Assembly: GCA_944349735.1 (NCBI GenBank)
Contig: CALVNM010000003.1
Span: 1-59,809, forward strand
Direction of reading: 5' to 3'
From: an uncultured Clostridia bacterium
GTDB lineage: Bacteria > Bacillota > Clostridia > Christensenellales > DTU072
DNA length: 59,809 nucleotides
The notes under the pieces are model-generated. The model saw only the letters and a program-made list of their open reading frames with translations. It was not told the origin of the DNA and made no database searches. Made by a program: the position numbers and the translations under genes. Positions 40,629 through 50,392 of the stretch are shown here, in pieces. The number at the start of each line of letters is the position of its first letter. Within the stretch, counting starts at the first letter, position 1.

Positions 40629-43234
40629 TGGGCAGCAAACAGAGACTGGATATTAAAAACATAAAAGACATACTCTCAAAGACCAAGGTCATACCCACGC
40701 CCTTGCTCGACGAGATGAGTAAATCTTTCATCGCCTACGCGATGGCGGTCAACGTAAGCCGCGCGATACCGGACGTGAGGGACGGTCTTAAACCCGTTCA
40801 CCGCAGAATACTTTTCGCGATGAACGATCTCGGCAATACCTACGATCACCCGCATAAGAAATGCGCCCGTATCGTCGGTGAAGTCCTCGGTAAATATCAC
40901 CCCCACGGCGACTTGAGCGTTTACGACGCTTTGGTAAGGCTTGCGCAGGACTTCTCGATACGCTGCCCTCTCGTGGACGGACACGGTAACTTCGGCTCGG
41001 TGGACGGACATCCCGCCGCGGCGCAGAGGTACACCGAAGCGAGACTTTCGAGAATAGCGGGAGAGATGCTACGCGACCTCGACAAGGATACCGTCGATTT
41101 CTATCCCAACTTCGACGACACGCTCATGCAGCCCACGGTGCTTCCGTCGCGTTTCCCCAACCTTCTCGTCAACGGCTCCGAAGGTATAGCCGTCGGCATG
41201 GCTACGAGCATACCGCCTCACAACCTCGGAGAGGTCATAGACGGCACGATAGCGCTTCTCGACAACCCCGACATCACGGTGGACGAACTTATCGAATACA
41301 TACCCGCTCCCGACTATCCCACGGGCGCTCTGGTGCTCGGAAGAGCCGCCGTCAAGCAGGCGTACCGCACCGGTAAAGGCGGCGTGGTGATACGTTCGCG
41401 CTGCGAGATAGAGGAGATCGGCGGCAGGAACTGCATCGTGGTCACCGAGATACCTTACCAGGTCAACAAAGCGGTGCTCATCAAGAGCATAGCCGACCAG
41501 GTCAAGGACAAGAAGATAGACGGCATTTCCAATATCCGCGAGGAATCCGACCGTTTCGGAATGCGTATCGTCATAGAGCTTAAGCGCGACGCAAGCCCGC
41601 AGGTGGTATTAAATACGCTTTATAAGCAGACCAATCTTCAGGTATCGACGGGCATCACCTTCCTTGCGCTCGACGAGGGCAAGCCGAAGATAATGAATTT
41701 GAAGGAGATACTCGAAGCGTACGTGAAACACCAGAAAGAGGTCATCACGAGGCGCACGCAATTCCTTTTGAATAAAGCTCTCGACCGCGAACACATATTG
41801 AAGGGACTGGTGATAGCGCAGGCGAATATCGACGAAGTCATCCGCATCATCCGTACTTCGAAGGACAACACCGAGTCGAAACCGAGACTGATGGAAGCCT
41901 TCCTGCTCAGCGAGAAACAGGCGATAGCCATTCTCGAAATGAAGCTCGGCAGGCTGAACGCTCTCGAGGTGGAAAAACTCAAAGAAGAACTCGACGAGAT
42001 AGAGAAATCGATAGCGGAATACAGAGACATACTCGCCCGTCCCGAGAGAGTGCGCGACATCATCAAATCGGAGCTTAGCGAAATTAAAGACAAATACAAC
42101 GAGCCTCGTCGTTCCGAATTGAGCTACGACGCGGGCGAGATAGACATCGAAGACCTTATCCCGAAAGAAGAAGTGGTCATAACCATGACTTACCAGGGAT
42201 ACGTGAAGAGGACTCCCGTAGCGGAGTACAAGGCGCAGAACCGCGGCGGCGTGGGCGTTACGGCGCACAAGGCGAAGGACGAAGACTTCGTGGTCAAAAT
42301 GTTCGTATGTAACTCTCACGACGAGCTTCTGTTCTTCACCAACCTCGGCAAAGTATATTGCATCAAGGCGTACGAGATCCCCGAAGCCCAGAGAGCGGCG
42401 AAAGGAAGGGCGATGGTCAATCTCCTTGCTCTAGGCGAAGGAGAGAAGGTGACGGCGTTTTTGAGCGTCAAGGACTATTCGGGCGGCTATATGGTGATGG
42501 CGACGAGACAGGGACTCATCAAGAAGTGCGATCTTACCGAATTCGAACATATCCGTAAGACGGGCAAGATCGCCATCACGCTTACCGAGGGCGACGAGAT
42601 GTTCACCGCCGACGTGACCGACGGCGACTCCGAAATAATCATGGCGGGCTCTTCGGGCAAGTGCATCCGCTTCAACGAGAAGGACATCCGCAAGACCGGC
42701 AGAGGTTCGATGGGCGTAAGGAGCATGAAGCTTGACGAAGGCGAGATAATCGTCGACATGGCTGTCATAAGGACGGGCGAAGAAGAAGTTCTCACCGTTA
42801 CCGAGAAGGGCTTCGGCAAGCGCAGTTCGCTCGAAGAATACCGCGTACAGGGCAGAGCCGGCAAGGGTATCAAAGCGGGTAACTTCAGCGAAGTTACCGG
42901 AGGACTCGCGGGACTCAAGCTCGTCTCGGGAGACGAAGATCTCATCATCATCGCCGACTCCGGAATAATGATCCGTACTCCCGTCAAGGATATAAGCGTG
43001 ATAGGCAGAGCCACGAAGGGAGTTATAGTGATGAGGCTGCGCGACGGCGGCAAGGTGGCGGCGGTAGCGATAGCGCCACACGAAGAAGCAGAAGAAGACG
43101 ACGCCAAAGACGGCGGCGCGACCGAAAGCGTCGAAACGGCGACCGAAACCGAAGAAACGGTAACCGAAAGCGTGATGACCGAGGCGAAAGCGGCGGAAAC
43201 CGAAAGCGCGGCGGAGCCGGAAGGCGACGAGTAG
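40628..43234 (+). CDS. gyrA: DNA gyrase subunit A with an acidic C-terminal tail
   Basis: 868 aa. Catalytic [10 protein letters not shown] region, GyrA-box beta-pinwheel repeats. ATGA-type overlap with gyrB. Confidence 0.97.
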   Translation: MGSKQRLDIKNIKDILSKTKVIPTPLLDEMSKSFIAYAMAVNVSRAIPDVRDGLKPVHRRILFAMNDLGNTYDHPHKKCARIVGEVLGKYHPHGDLSVYDALVRLAQDFSIRCPLVDGHGNFGSVDGHPAAAQRYTEARLSRIAGEMLRDLDKDTVDFYPNFDDTLMQPTVLPSRFPNLLVNGSEGIAVGMATSIPPHNLGEVIDGTIALLDNPDITVDELIEYIPAPDYPTGALVLGRAAVKQAYRTGKGGVVIRSRCEIEEIGGRNCIVVTEIPYQVNKAVLIKSIADQVKDKKIDGISNIREESDRFGMRIVIELKRDASPQVVLNTLYKQTNLQVSTGITFLALDEGKPKIMNLKEILEAYVKHQKEVITRRTQFLLNKALDREHILKGLVIAQANIDEVIRIIRTSKDNTESKPRLMEAFLLSEKQAIAILEMKLGRLNALEVEKLKEELDEIEKSIAEYRDILARPERVRDIIKSELSEIKDKYNEPRRSELSYDAGEIDIEDLIPKEEVVITMTYQGYVKRTPVAEYKAQNRGGVGVTAHKAKDEDFVVKMFVCNSHDELLFFTNLGKVYCIKAYEIPEAQRAAKGRAMVNLLALGEGEKVTAFLSVKDYSGGYMVMATRQGLIKKCDLTEFEHIRKTGKIAITLTEGDEMFTADVTDGDSEIIMAGSSGKCIRFNEKDIRKTGRGSMGVRSMKLDEGEIIVDMAVIRTGEEEVLTVTEKGFGKRSSLEEYRVQGRAGKGIKAGNFSEVTGGLAGLKLVSGDEDLIIIADSGIMIRTPVKDISVIGRATKGVIVMRLRDGGKVAAVAIAPHEEAEEDDAKDGGATESVETATETEETVTESVMTEAKAAETESAAEPEGDE

Positions 43235-43252
43235 ACGGAGGACATATAAAGT

Positions 43253-44119
43253 ATGTTCATAGCGATAAACGGACAACTCGGCAGCGGTAAGAGCGAGCTT
43301 TGCAAGAGGCTCGAGGAGGAATACGGGTTCGACGTTTTCCATACCGGGAAGATACAGCGCGAGTACGCCGCGGAACTCGGGATAAGCACCCTCGAGCTGA
43401 ACAGGCTCTGTAAGACAGACAAGAGGTTTGACAAGATAATCGACACTAAGCTCGTGGAATACGCGGAGCGCGTCAGGGGCAAGGACGTCGTATTCGATTC
43501 GCGCATGGCGTGGCACTTCGTGCCCGGAGTGTTCAAAGTGCATCTTCTCGTTTCGCCGGACATAGCGGCGGACAGGGTGTACGGGAAGCGCGAGTCCGTG
43601 GAGGAGACCTATTCGAGCAGAGAAGAGGCGATGGCGGAGCTTGTAGAACGCAGCATGCTCGAGAACGACAGATATCAGAGCGTCTACGGAGTCAGAATGA
43701 ACGACTATCGCAACTACGACCTCATACTCGATACTTCGCTCCTTACCGTGAAAGAGGAACTCGACATTATCCTCGACGCGGCGAAAAAGCAGGAGCAGAG
43801 CGGAAATTATAAGGGAATATTCGTCTCTCCCGTAAGTCTGTATCCCACCGCGCCGTATGACGCGGGAGACAAAGAGACGAGCGTCGTCAAGAGAGGCGAG
43901 AGCCTGTATATCGTCGGAGGGCACAGGAGAGTGCGCGAAGCGGTACTGCGCGGCGAGCGTCTCATGGAAGTGAAACTCGCTGCGGACGACAGCGCCGTTA
44001 CGGGCGCGGACGGCTCCGTCAATACCGACCGCGAAATACTGAAAGACTGGGAAGAGATGTGCGGTTTCCGTTACGGATACATTCCCCTCGAGGTTCGCGC
44101 GGCAGGCATAAAAGACTGA
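43253..44119 (+). CDS. Cytidylate-kinase-like P-loop protein fused to a C-terminal ParB/Srx-like domain (inferred)
   Basis: The N-terminal ~185 aa align by eye to Cmk (IAINGQLGSGKS; VVFDSR...KVHLLVS...R; LILDTS). The C-terminal ~100 aa contain SLYIVGGHRRVREAVLRGERLMEVKL, reminiscent of the ParB/sulfiredoxin GxHR core. Confidence 0.55.
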   Translation: MFIAINGQLGSGKSELCKRLEEEYGFDVFHTGKIQREYAAELGISTLELNRLCKTDKRFDKIIDTKLVEYAERVRGKDVVFDSRMAWHFVPGVFKVHLLVSPDIAADRVYGKRESVEETYSSREEAMAELVERSMLENDRYQSVYGVRMNDYRNYDLILDTSLLTVKEELDIILDAAKKQEQSGNYKGIFVSPVSLYPTAPYDAGDKETSVVKRGESLYIVGGHRRVREAVLRGERLMEVKLAADDSAVTGADGSVNTDREILKDWEEMCGFRYGYIPLEVRAAGIKD

Positions 44120-44133
44120 TATTCAAGGAAAAG

Positions 44134-44161
44134 AACGACGCTTTACCGAGCGTCGTTTTTC
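44134..44161 (+). terminator. Rho-independent terminator
   Basis: AACGACGCT ttaccg AGCGTCGTT followed by TTTT. Confidence 0.65.
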
Positions 44162-44216
44162 GGAAAAAGCGGAAATACCGCTTCCCTCCCGTCGGGAAGG
44201 GAAAAGGAGTTTATAT

Positions 44217-45026
44217 ATGGAATACGTAACTTTGACCAACGGGAACAAACTGCCTATATTAGGCTACGGCACCTACAAAATAACCGAAGACGAAGTATGC
44301 AAATGCGTGCTCGAAGCTTTAGGCAGGGGTTATCGCAGGATAGACACGGCGACCTTCTACGCGAACGAAGCGGGTATCGGCGAAGCCTACGAGAATTCGG
44401 GGCTTAATAGGAGCGAAATATACCTTGCCACGAAGCTGTGGACGAACGTGACGAGTTACGCGAAGGCGCGCGAGAGTGCGGAACGCTCGCTGAAGGCGCT
44501 CCGTACCGATTACCTCGACATGCTTCTCATACATTGGCCGACCGCGGCGAACGCCGAAGTGTGGCGGGCGATGGAAGACATGTATTTCGAAGGGATATTG
44601 AAGGGGATAGGGGTATCGAACTTCAAAGAGCACCACATAGACGAACTTAACGCCGTAAGCCGCATATCTCCGATGTGGAATCAGATAGAACTGCACCCGT
44701 ATTTCCGTCAGCAGGCGCTGAGGGACTATTGTAAAGGGAAAGGCATAGTCGTCGAGGCGTGGTCGCCGCTTATGCGCGGAAGCGTTCTCGACGAACCCGT
44801 TCTCAAAGAGATAGCGGCGAAATACGGTAAGTCCGTTGCGGCGGTGATACTGCGCGCCGACGTCGAGGAGGGTATTGCCGTGATACCCAAGACCGTCTCC
44901 CCGGAGAGGATGAGCGAAAACATAGACATATTCGATTTCTCGCTTACCGCCGATGAACTTCAGGCGATAGCCGCGCTCGACAGAGGAGCGAGGCAGTACC
45001 GCGATCCCGACAATCACGGGTTTTGA
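44217..45026 (+). CDS. Aldo/keto reductase (2,5-diketo-D-gluconate-reductase-like)
   Basis: 269 aa. GYRRIDTA, LDMLLIHWP, and IPKT...R AKR signatures. Confidence 0.9.
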   Translation: MEYVTLTNGNKLPILGYGTYKITEDEVCKCVLEALGRGYRRIDTATFYANEAGIGEAYENSGLNRSEIYLATKLWTNVTSYAKARESAERSLKALRTDYLDMLLIHWPTAANAEVWRAMEDMYFEGILKGIGVSNFKEHHIDELNAVSRISPMWNQIELHPYFRQQALRDYCKGKGIVVEAWSPLMRGSVLDEPVLKEIAAKYGKSVAAVILRADVEEGIAVIPKTVSPERMSENIDIFDFSLTADELQAIAALDRGARQYRDPDNHGF

Positions 45027-45071
45027 TAATTACAAGCGTCCGGTGAAAAAGCGTTCGAGGAGGGAACAGCC

Positions 45072-47108
45072 ATGTTGATAAAAGCCGATTTCAATGCCGC
45101 GAAGAAAATTAGCCCCCGCTTTTACGGGATATTTTTCGAGGACATCAATTTCTCGATAGACGGCGGCATGAACAACAATCAGATAGTCAATAAGTCCTGC
45201 GGAGCAACGCATATGGAATTCCGTAAGGATCTCGCATATCTTTATGCCGCGATTTTCCACGCGAGAAGGCGTTACCGCACGCGCGTGGAGAAAGCCGATC
45301 CTTTAAGATACTGGGAGATGAGCGGAGAAGGAGAGCTCGGCGCCTCGGACGACGCGCCGGTGGCTACCGAAAATCCCGTCTATATGACGGTGAACGTTGC
45401 GGGCAAAGCTTATCTCAGGAACAGGGGCTATAACGGCGGCGACAGCACGGAGAGAAAGGGAAGGTATCTCCGCAGGAATTCCCTTAAGCCCGCGATAGGC
45501 GTGATCAGGGACGCGGGATACGACGTAGCGTTCTTCGTAAAGAACTCGAACTTTACCGGTACCTTAGAGTGCTATGTCGAGGATAAGGACGGTAAACCCG
45601 TCACCACGAAAGCCGAAGTAAAAGTGGCGCGCTCCGGAACGGACTGGGTCAAGGTGACCGCGAGCTGTCGAGCGCTCGAGACATGTATCGGGACTTTCGT
45701 CGCCTGTTTTGAAGGAAACGGGACGCTAAACCTGACAGAGTGGTATTTCGGAGCTTCCGAATACTGGGGCAAAGGAGATCCCAAATGGACGGGCGGCAGA
45801 CTCCGCAAAGACCTCGTGGAAGCTCTCCGCGAGCTGAAGCCGAAGTTCATGCGTTTTCCGGGCGGCTGTCTCGTCGAGGGCTGTACGCTCGACAATTCCT
45901 ACGACTGGAAACTCACCGTGGGACCCGTCGAAAAGAGGAAATCCAAATTCAACCTCTGGGGCGAAGGTCAGCGCGATCATACTTATATACAGAGCAACGA
46001 GATAGGCTTCTACGAATACTTCCTGTTGAGCGAGGATCTCGGAGCGGAGCCGCTGCCGATACTTAACGCGGGGCTCGCCTGTCAGGGCAGGTGCTTCGAG
46101 ACGGTGACGGAAGGCGACGCCGAATTCGAGCGGCGCAAGCAGAATATACTCGATCTCATCGAATACGCAAACGGCGATCCCGCTACGAGCAATTGGGCGA
46201 AGCTCAGGGCGGATTCGGGACACCCCGCGCCTTTCAACCTGAAGATGATAGGCATAGGCAACGAGAATTTCGGCGAGCTGTATAACAAGAACTTCGATAT
46301 AATGGCAAAAGCGGTCAAGGATAAATATCCCGAAATAGAGATCGTGTGGAGCGCGGGCTTCGACTGCTACAAGCATAAGAATTACGAGAACACCCGCTCC
46401 TGTTTCGACGGGAAGCACCCCGACGCCATCGTGGACGACCATTTCTACCGCACTCCGCAGTGGACTATAGAGAATGCGGGGCTGTACGACGATTATCCGA
46501 GAGACCGTAACCGTATATTCCTCGGAGAATACGCCGCCAACGAGCCGTGGAATTCCGAGGTGTTGTGGAACAACTACTGTTCCGCGCTCGCGGAAGCGGC
46601 GTTCCTTACGGGACTCGAGCGAAACGCGGACATAGTGGTGATGAGCTCGTACGCGCCTCTTTTCTCGAGAGTGGGCGGCGAACAGTGGAAACACAACCTC
46701 ATCAATTACAACAGCCTTTACGTGATGAAAACCGTTAATTATTTCGTACAGCAATATTATTCCGCTAACTTCGGCACGGAATACATACCCGTGGACTGTG
46801 CGGCGAAAGACGGAGTATATACGTCGGTCACTTCAGACGGAGAATACGCGTACGTGAAGGCGGTCAATATCAATCGCGCCGAGATGAATTACGCATTGGA
46901 GATCGCAGGAGCGCAATTTGCGGAGAAGGCGACGCATACCGTGATACAATGCGACGACGACGAAGCGCGCAACGATCTCGGATACGATACGGAACCGATA
47001 TACCGTATCGCGCCTATCACCTCGCCGAAGGAAGTTTCGGGCGCGATAGAACTCGTGCTCGCTCCGCGTTCGGTAAATATCGTGAAGGTCGCTTTGAAGA
47101 AGAACTGA
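45072..47108 (+). CDS. Alpha-L-arabinofuranosidase, GH51-like (long form)
   Basis: FYGIFFEDINFSIDGG, FMRFPGGCLVEG, and IGIGNENFG (acid/base Glu region). Confidence 0.75.
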   Translation: MLIKADFNAAKKISPRFYGIFFEDINFSIDGGMNNNQIVNKSCGATHMEFRKDLAYLYAAIFHARRRYRTRVEKADPLRYWEMSGEGELGASDDAPVATENPVYMTVNVAGKAYLRNRGYNGGDSTERKGRYLRRNSLKPAIGVIRDAGYDVAFFVKNSNFTGTLECYVEDKDGKPVTTKAEVKVARSGTDWVKVTASCRALETCIGTFVACFEGNGTLNLTEWYFGASEYWGKGDPKWTGGRLRKDLVEALRELKPKFMRFPGGCLVEGCTLDNSYDWKLTVGPVEKRKSKFNLWGEGQRDHTYIQSNEIGFYEYFLLSEDLGAEPLPILNAGLACQGRCFETVTEGDAEFERRKQNILDLIEYANGDPATSNWAKLRADSGHPAPFNLKMIGIGNENFGELYNKNFDIMAKAVKDKYPEIEIVWSAGFDCYKHKNYENTRSCFDGKHPDAIVDDHFYRTPQWTIENAGLYDDYPRDRNRIFLGEYAANEPWNSEVLWNNYCSALAEAAFLTGLERNADIVVMSSYAPLFSRVGGEQWKHNLINYNSLYVMKTVNYFVQQYYSANFGTEYIPVDCAAKDGVYTSVTSDGEYAYVKAVNINRAEMNYALEIAGAQFAEKATHTVIQCDDDEARNDLGYDTEPIYRIAPITSPKEVSGAIELVLAPRSVNIVKVALKKN

Positions 47109-47133
47109 CGTCGCGGTATTAAACCGCTAATAC

Positions 47134-47164
47134 AAAAAAAGAAGCGGCGTGCCGCTTCTTTTTG
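47134..47164. terminator. Bidirectional rho-independent terminator between convergent genes
   Basis: AAAAAAA GAAGCGGC gt GCCGCTTC TTTTTG. Confidence 0.7.
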
Positions 47165-47167
47165 CGT

Positions 47168-48418
47168 CTACGGATTGGCTTCTATTTCCTTGAGAGCGGG
47201 ATATTCGTTATACAGAGAAGAGGTTTTCTTTTTCCAGAAATATCGGAAATAGGCGTTCCCCTCGAATCGGAAGGGCTGTTCTCTGAGACGGCGGAGATAT
47301 TTGCGCACCAACTCTTCTTCGGCGGCGAAAGCTTCGAGAGAGACTTTGTCGACGGCGGAGTCGTCGGCGGCTGCGAGCGCGCGGTCGACGTATTTCTTTT
47401 CGAGCGCACGCGCCTTCTCGAGATATTCGGCGCGTATTTCGGGATTGCCCATGAGTTTGCGGTTAAGAAGTTCGCGCTTGAGCCAGAAATAGAGGGCGTC
47501 TTTTTCGCAGGAGCCTATCGCCGTCGCCTTTACGGAAAGCGGTTTGTATACCGACATGCACGGGAAAGAGCTGCCGGTCACGAAATAGCGTTTGCCTATC
47601 TCCGCTATATAGCTTCCCGTCGTCTGGTCTCCGAAGAGATTGCCCGCATGCATGCATGCGCTCGAGGTGGAAGCCTTGGTGACGTCCACGTCGGGCGAAG
47701 CGTGAGAGCGGAGCGCCGCCGTCATCGCTTCGAAGCCGTTATTTCCGGTGCCGAGCGCCGCGTAAGTCGCCTTCCGCCGCGCTTCCGCGCCGGCTATTTT
47801 CGTCACGAGAGCGTTTTCGTAACGCCTCTTGAAGTTGATCTTGGTCTCAGCGTCCGCGTCGTCGTAGTTGTCGGTAACGGAGATGCAGTTAGAGATGGAA
47901 GCTTTCTTGCGCACCTCCTTCACCGCCCAGTGCTTGCCCGCGGTCTCGAGTATGAAAGCGCTCTTGCCGTCCGCTATGAGATAACCGTTGTGATAGCGGA
48001 AGTTTTTGCCGTAACCGCAGTTCCCTTCCTGACCGTATTCTACGGCGAGCGCGACGATGAGTTTCCATGCTTCTTCCGCCGTGCGCGAGCGCTCGAGCGC
48101 GAGCCTGAGAAGGTCCATGCCTATGAGGCCGTTGCCGCCGCGATGACCGGCGTTGGTGAAGAGAGCTTCGTTGCCGATATTCAGACCGCATTCGTTATAA
48201 CCCATTTCCGCACCCCATATCCAGTGCGGCTTCATCAACACCACGGGTAGTGTTTCGGTAGCTTGTGCTACTGAAATGTAGGTTGTTTTAAGCTCTTCTC
48301 CGGTCGAATGCTTCTGTCCGCCGTAGCGGATGAGGAGATGGGCTTCGTTGGGCGAGCGGTCGGAATTTTTGCCGAACCAGCTCTTGCCGTCGCGCTTAAG
48401 AAAAACTGTGTCGCACAT
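47168..48418 (-). CDS. C69-family / secernin-like Ntn-hydrolase peptidase
   Basis: Starts MCDTVFLKRDGKSWFGKNSDRSPNE (nucleophile Cys at position 2, FGKNSDR motif). GGGAGG SD. Confidence 0.7.
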   Translation of the reverse strand: MCDTVFLKRDGKSWFGKNSDRSPNEAHLLIRYGGQKHSTGEELKTTYISVAQATETLPVVLMKPHWIWGAEMGYNECGLNIGNEALFTNAGHRGGNGLIGMDLLRLALERSRTAEEAWKLIVALAVEYGQEGNCGYGKNFRYHNGYLIADGKSAFILETAGKHWAVKEVRKKASISNCISVTDNYDDADAETKINFKRRYENALVTKIAGAEARRKATYAALGTGNNGFEAMTAALRSHASPDVDVTKASTSSACMHAGNLFGDQTTGSYIAEIGKRYFVTGSSFPCMSVYKPLSVKATAIGSCEKDALYFWLKRELLNRKLMGNPEIRAEYLEKARALEKKYVDRALAAADDSAVDKVSLEAFAAEEELVRKYLRRLREQPFRFEGNAYFRYFWKKKTSSLYNEYPALKEIEANP

Positions 48419-48508
48419 ATCGTCCTCCCGTGACGCGGATGGTCACGGAGAAATTATACCACGCATTACGCGAATAAAGAGATTTTAGGGAAAAATTTTA
48501 CTTAACTT

Positions 48509-48537
48509 TTGACAAATCCTCGCCCGCGCGCTATAAT
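48509..48537 (+). promoter_or_regulatory. Consensus sigma-A promoter (TTGACA-17-TATAAT) upstream of the amidohydrolase gene
   Basis: TTGACAaatcctcgcccgcgcgcTATAAT, 27 nt upstream of the ATG at 48564. Confidence 0.6.
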
Positions 48538-48563
48538 AGCGCCATTATTCTCGAAGGTGAACC

Positions 48564-49361
48564 ATGCATATAATAGACGTTCATTCGCATATATATCCGG
48601 AAAAGATCGCCGACAAGGCGTCGCATTCCATAGCGGATTTCTACCGTATAGACGCGCGTACCGAGGGTACGAGCGCGGTGCTTCTCGAAGAGGGGCGCGC
48701 CGCAGGCATAGACGTATACGTGGTTAATTCGGTAGCGACCAACGTAAGACAGGTAAGACGTATCAACGAATTTCTGCTCTCCGAGGTACGCGCGCATCCC
48801 GAATTCAGGGGGTTGATCGCGCTGCACCCCGACATGGACGAGGGCGCTATCCGCGACGAAATAGAATGGGGTATCCTCAACGGCTTCAAAGGCATTAAGC
48901 TTCACCCCGATTTTCAGCATTTCTATCTCGACGAGCCGAGGGCGAAGAAGATATACAGAGCGGCTTCGGGGAAGCTTCCGATACTTTTCCATACCGGCGA
49001 CAGCAGATTCAATTTCTCTTCTCCGGGGCGCATGGCGAAAGTGGCGGAGGAATTTCCGGATCTAATCTGTATCGCCGCACACTTCGGCGGCTGGTCGGAA
49101 TGGAATCAGGTAGGAGTGTATAAAGGTCTCGGTAACGTTTACGTCGATACTTCCTCCACGCTCGCGTTTATTTCTCCCGACGAAGCTAAGAGGTACATCG
49201 ATTATTTCGGCGCGGAATGGTTCCTTTTCGGCGTGGACTTCCCGATGTGGAACGCTTCCGAAGAACTGGAGCGGTTCATGAAGGTGGATATTTCCCTAGA
49301 GGAGAGGGAGATGATTCTATGGAAGAACGCTTCCGCGCTTATCGGTATAGATCTTGAATAG
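48564..49361 (+). CDS. Amidohydrolase-2 family TIM-barrel metal-dependent hydrolase
   Basis: MHIIDVHSHIYP N-terminal HxH metal motif. 265 aa. Confidence 0.7.
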   Translation: MHIIDVHSHIYPEKIADKASHSIADFYRIDARTEGTSAVLLEEGRAAGIDVYVVNSVATNVRQVRRINEFLLSEVRAHPEFRGLIALHPDMDEGAIRDEIEWGILNGFKGIKLHPDFQHFYLDEPRAKKIYRAASGKLPILFHTGDSRFNFSSPGRMAKVAEEFPDLICIAAHFGGWSEWNQVGVYKGLGNVYVDTSSTLAFISPDEAKRYIDYFGAEWFLFGVDFPMWNASEELERFMKVDISLEEREMILWKNASALIGIDLE

Positions 49362-49423
49362 CGGCATATTGACTTTGCGTAGCGCAAAATGGTAAAATGA
49401 CCGTATATTACGAGGAGCTATAA

Positions 49424-50341
49424 GTGGTCGATTTCTTGGAATTTGCGAGAAAACTTTTCAGACCCGCTGCGGAGAGGGAGATAAGGCACGGTACGGAAGG
49501 CGTAGTGTGCCGCAAAAACATATCTTACGGCGGGGGAGACAAGCGGCTTTACGATATGTATTCGCCCGACGCCGCGCTCGCAGCGGACGTTCCCGCGTCG
49601 CTTCCCGTCATCTATCTTCACGGCGAACTTTTCGGAGACGCGCAGAGGAAGGCGCGCGACGAATTCTGTAAGAGGCTCGCGTCTGAAGGTCTCGGAATAA
49701 TCAACGCGGGTTTCGGCGTGTGCAAGGATGGAGCTTCAAGCGCGTCCGATGCGCTCGACGCCCTCACCGATCATCTCGTTACGGAGCTTGCGGGATTCGC
49801 GCCCGACGGACGCGTGATATTCTGCGCCGACGGGTCGGGAGCGTGGCTTGCAGCCGATTTCATTTTGCGCGCGATGAAAGATCCCGCCTCGTTCCGCATA
49901 CATCCCGCCGGACTGGTGGCTTTTTCGGGATTGTACGATCTCGGTTATTTCGCGCAGTCTCCGGCGAAGAAGGGGTTCAAAGCGGAGGCGGTGCGCGCTT
50001 TCGCGGGACTCGATTATGCCAAGGGATTCACGCATGAGGAAAAAGAAATTCTTGCAAGTTACGACGTTACTCCGCGTCTGAACGGCGATTTCCCTCCGGT
50101 CTTCGTGGCTTATACGGTGCGCGACGACTATTACCCCGGGCAGGGGGAGAGAATGGTGAAGGCTCTCGACGCTTGCGGCGCGACATTCCGAGAATATAAA
50201 GCGGTACACGCGTCGTGCAAACATAATTGGCAGCTCGGGCAGGACGAAAACCTTGCCGCGGCGGTCACTGCGAGTGCGGTAAGATTTATCCGCGACATAG
50301 CTTCGGGCGGCGCGGTGCGCGGCGAATATACCGAGGTCTGA
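49424..50341 (+). CDS. Alpha/beta-hydrolase-like protein (esterase-like, atypical motifs)
   Basis: Overall layout resembles HSL-type esterases (VIYLHGE..., CADGSGAWLAA), but the oxyanion and nucleophile-elbow motifs are non-canonical. GTG start. Confidence 0.4.
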   Translation: MVDFLEFARKLFRPAAEREIRHGTEGVVCRKNISYGGGDKRLYDMYSPDAALAADVPASLPVIYLHGELFGDAQRKARDEFCKRLASEGLGIINAGFGVCKDGASSASDALDALTDHLVTELAGFAPDGRVIFCADGSGAWLAADFILRAMKDPASFRIHPAGLVAFSGLYDLGYFAQSPAKKGFKAEAVRAFAGLDYAKGFTHEEKEILASYDVTPRLNGDFPPVFVAYTVRDDYYPGQGERMVKALDACGATFREYKAVHASCKHNWQLGQDENLAAAVTASAVRFIRDIASGGAVRGEYTEV

Positions 50342-50392
50342 CGTACGGGCGCGCCGAACGCGCGGCGTTAAAGATATATTAAGGTAAAGGAT

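Noticed and set aside
41715-41730. A possible parS inside gyrA (AAGCGTACGTGAAACA).
   Set aside because: Only the right half-site (ACGTGAAACA) matches. The left arm is unrelated, giving 10 of 16 identities. It is not a credible ParB site.
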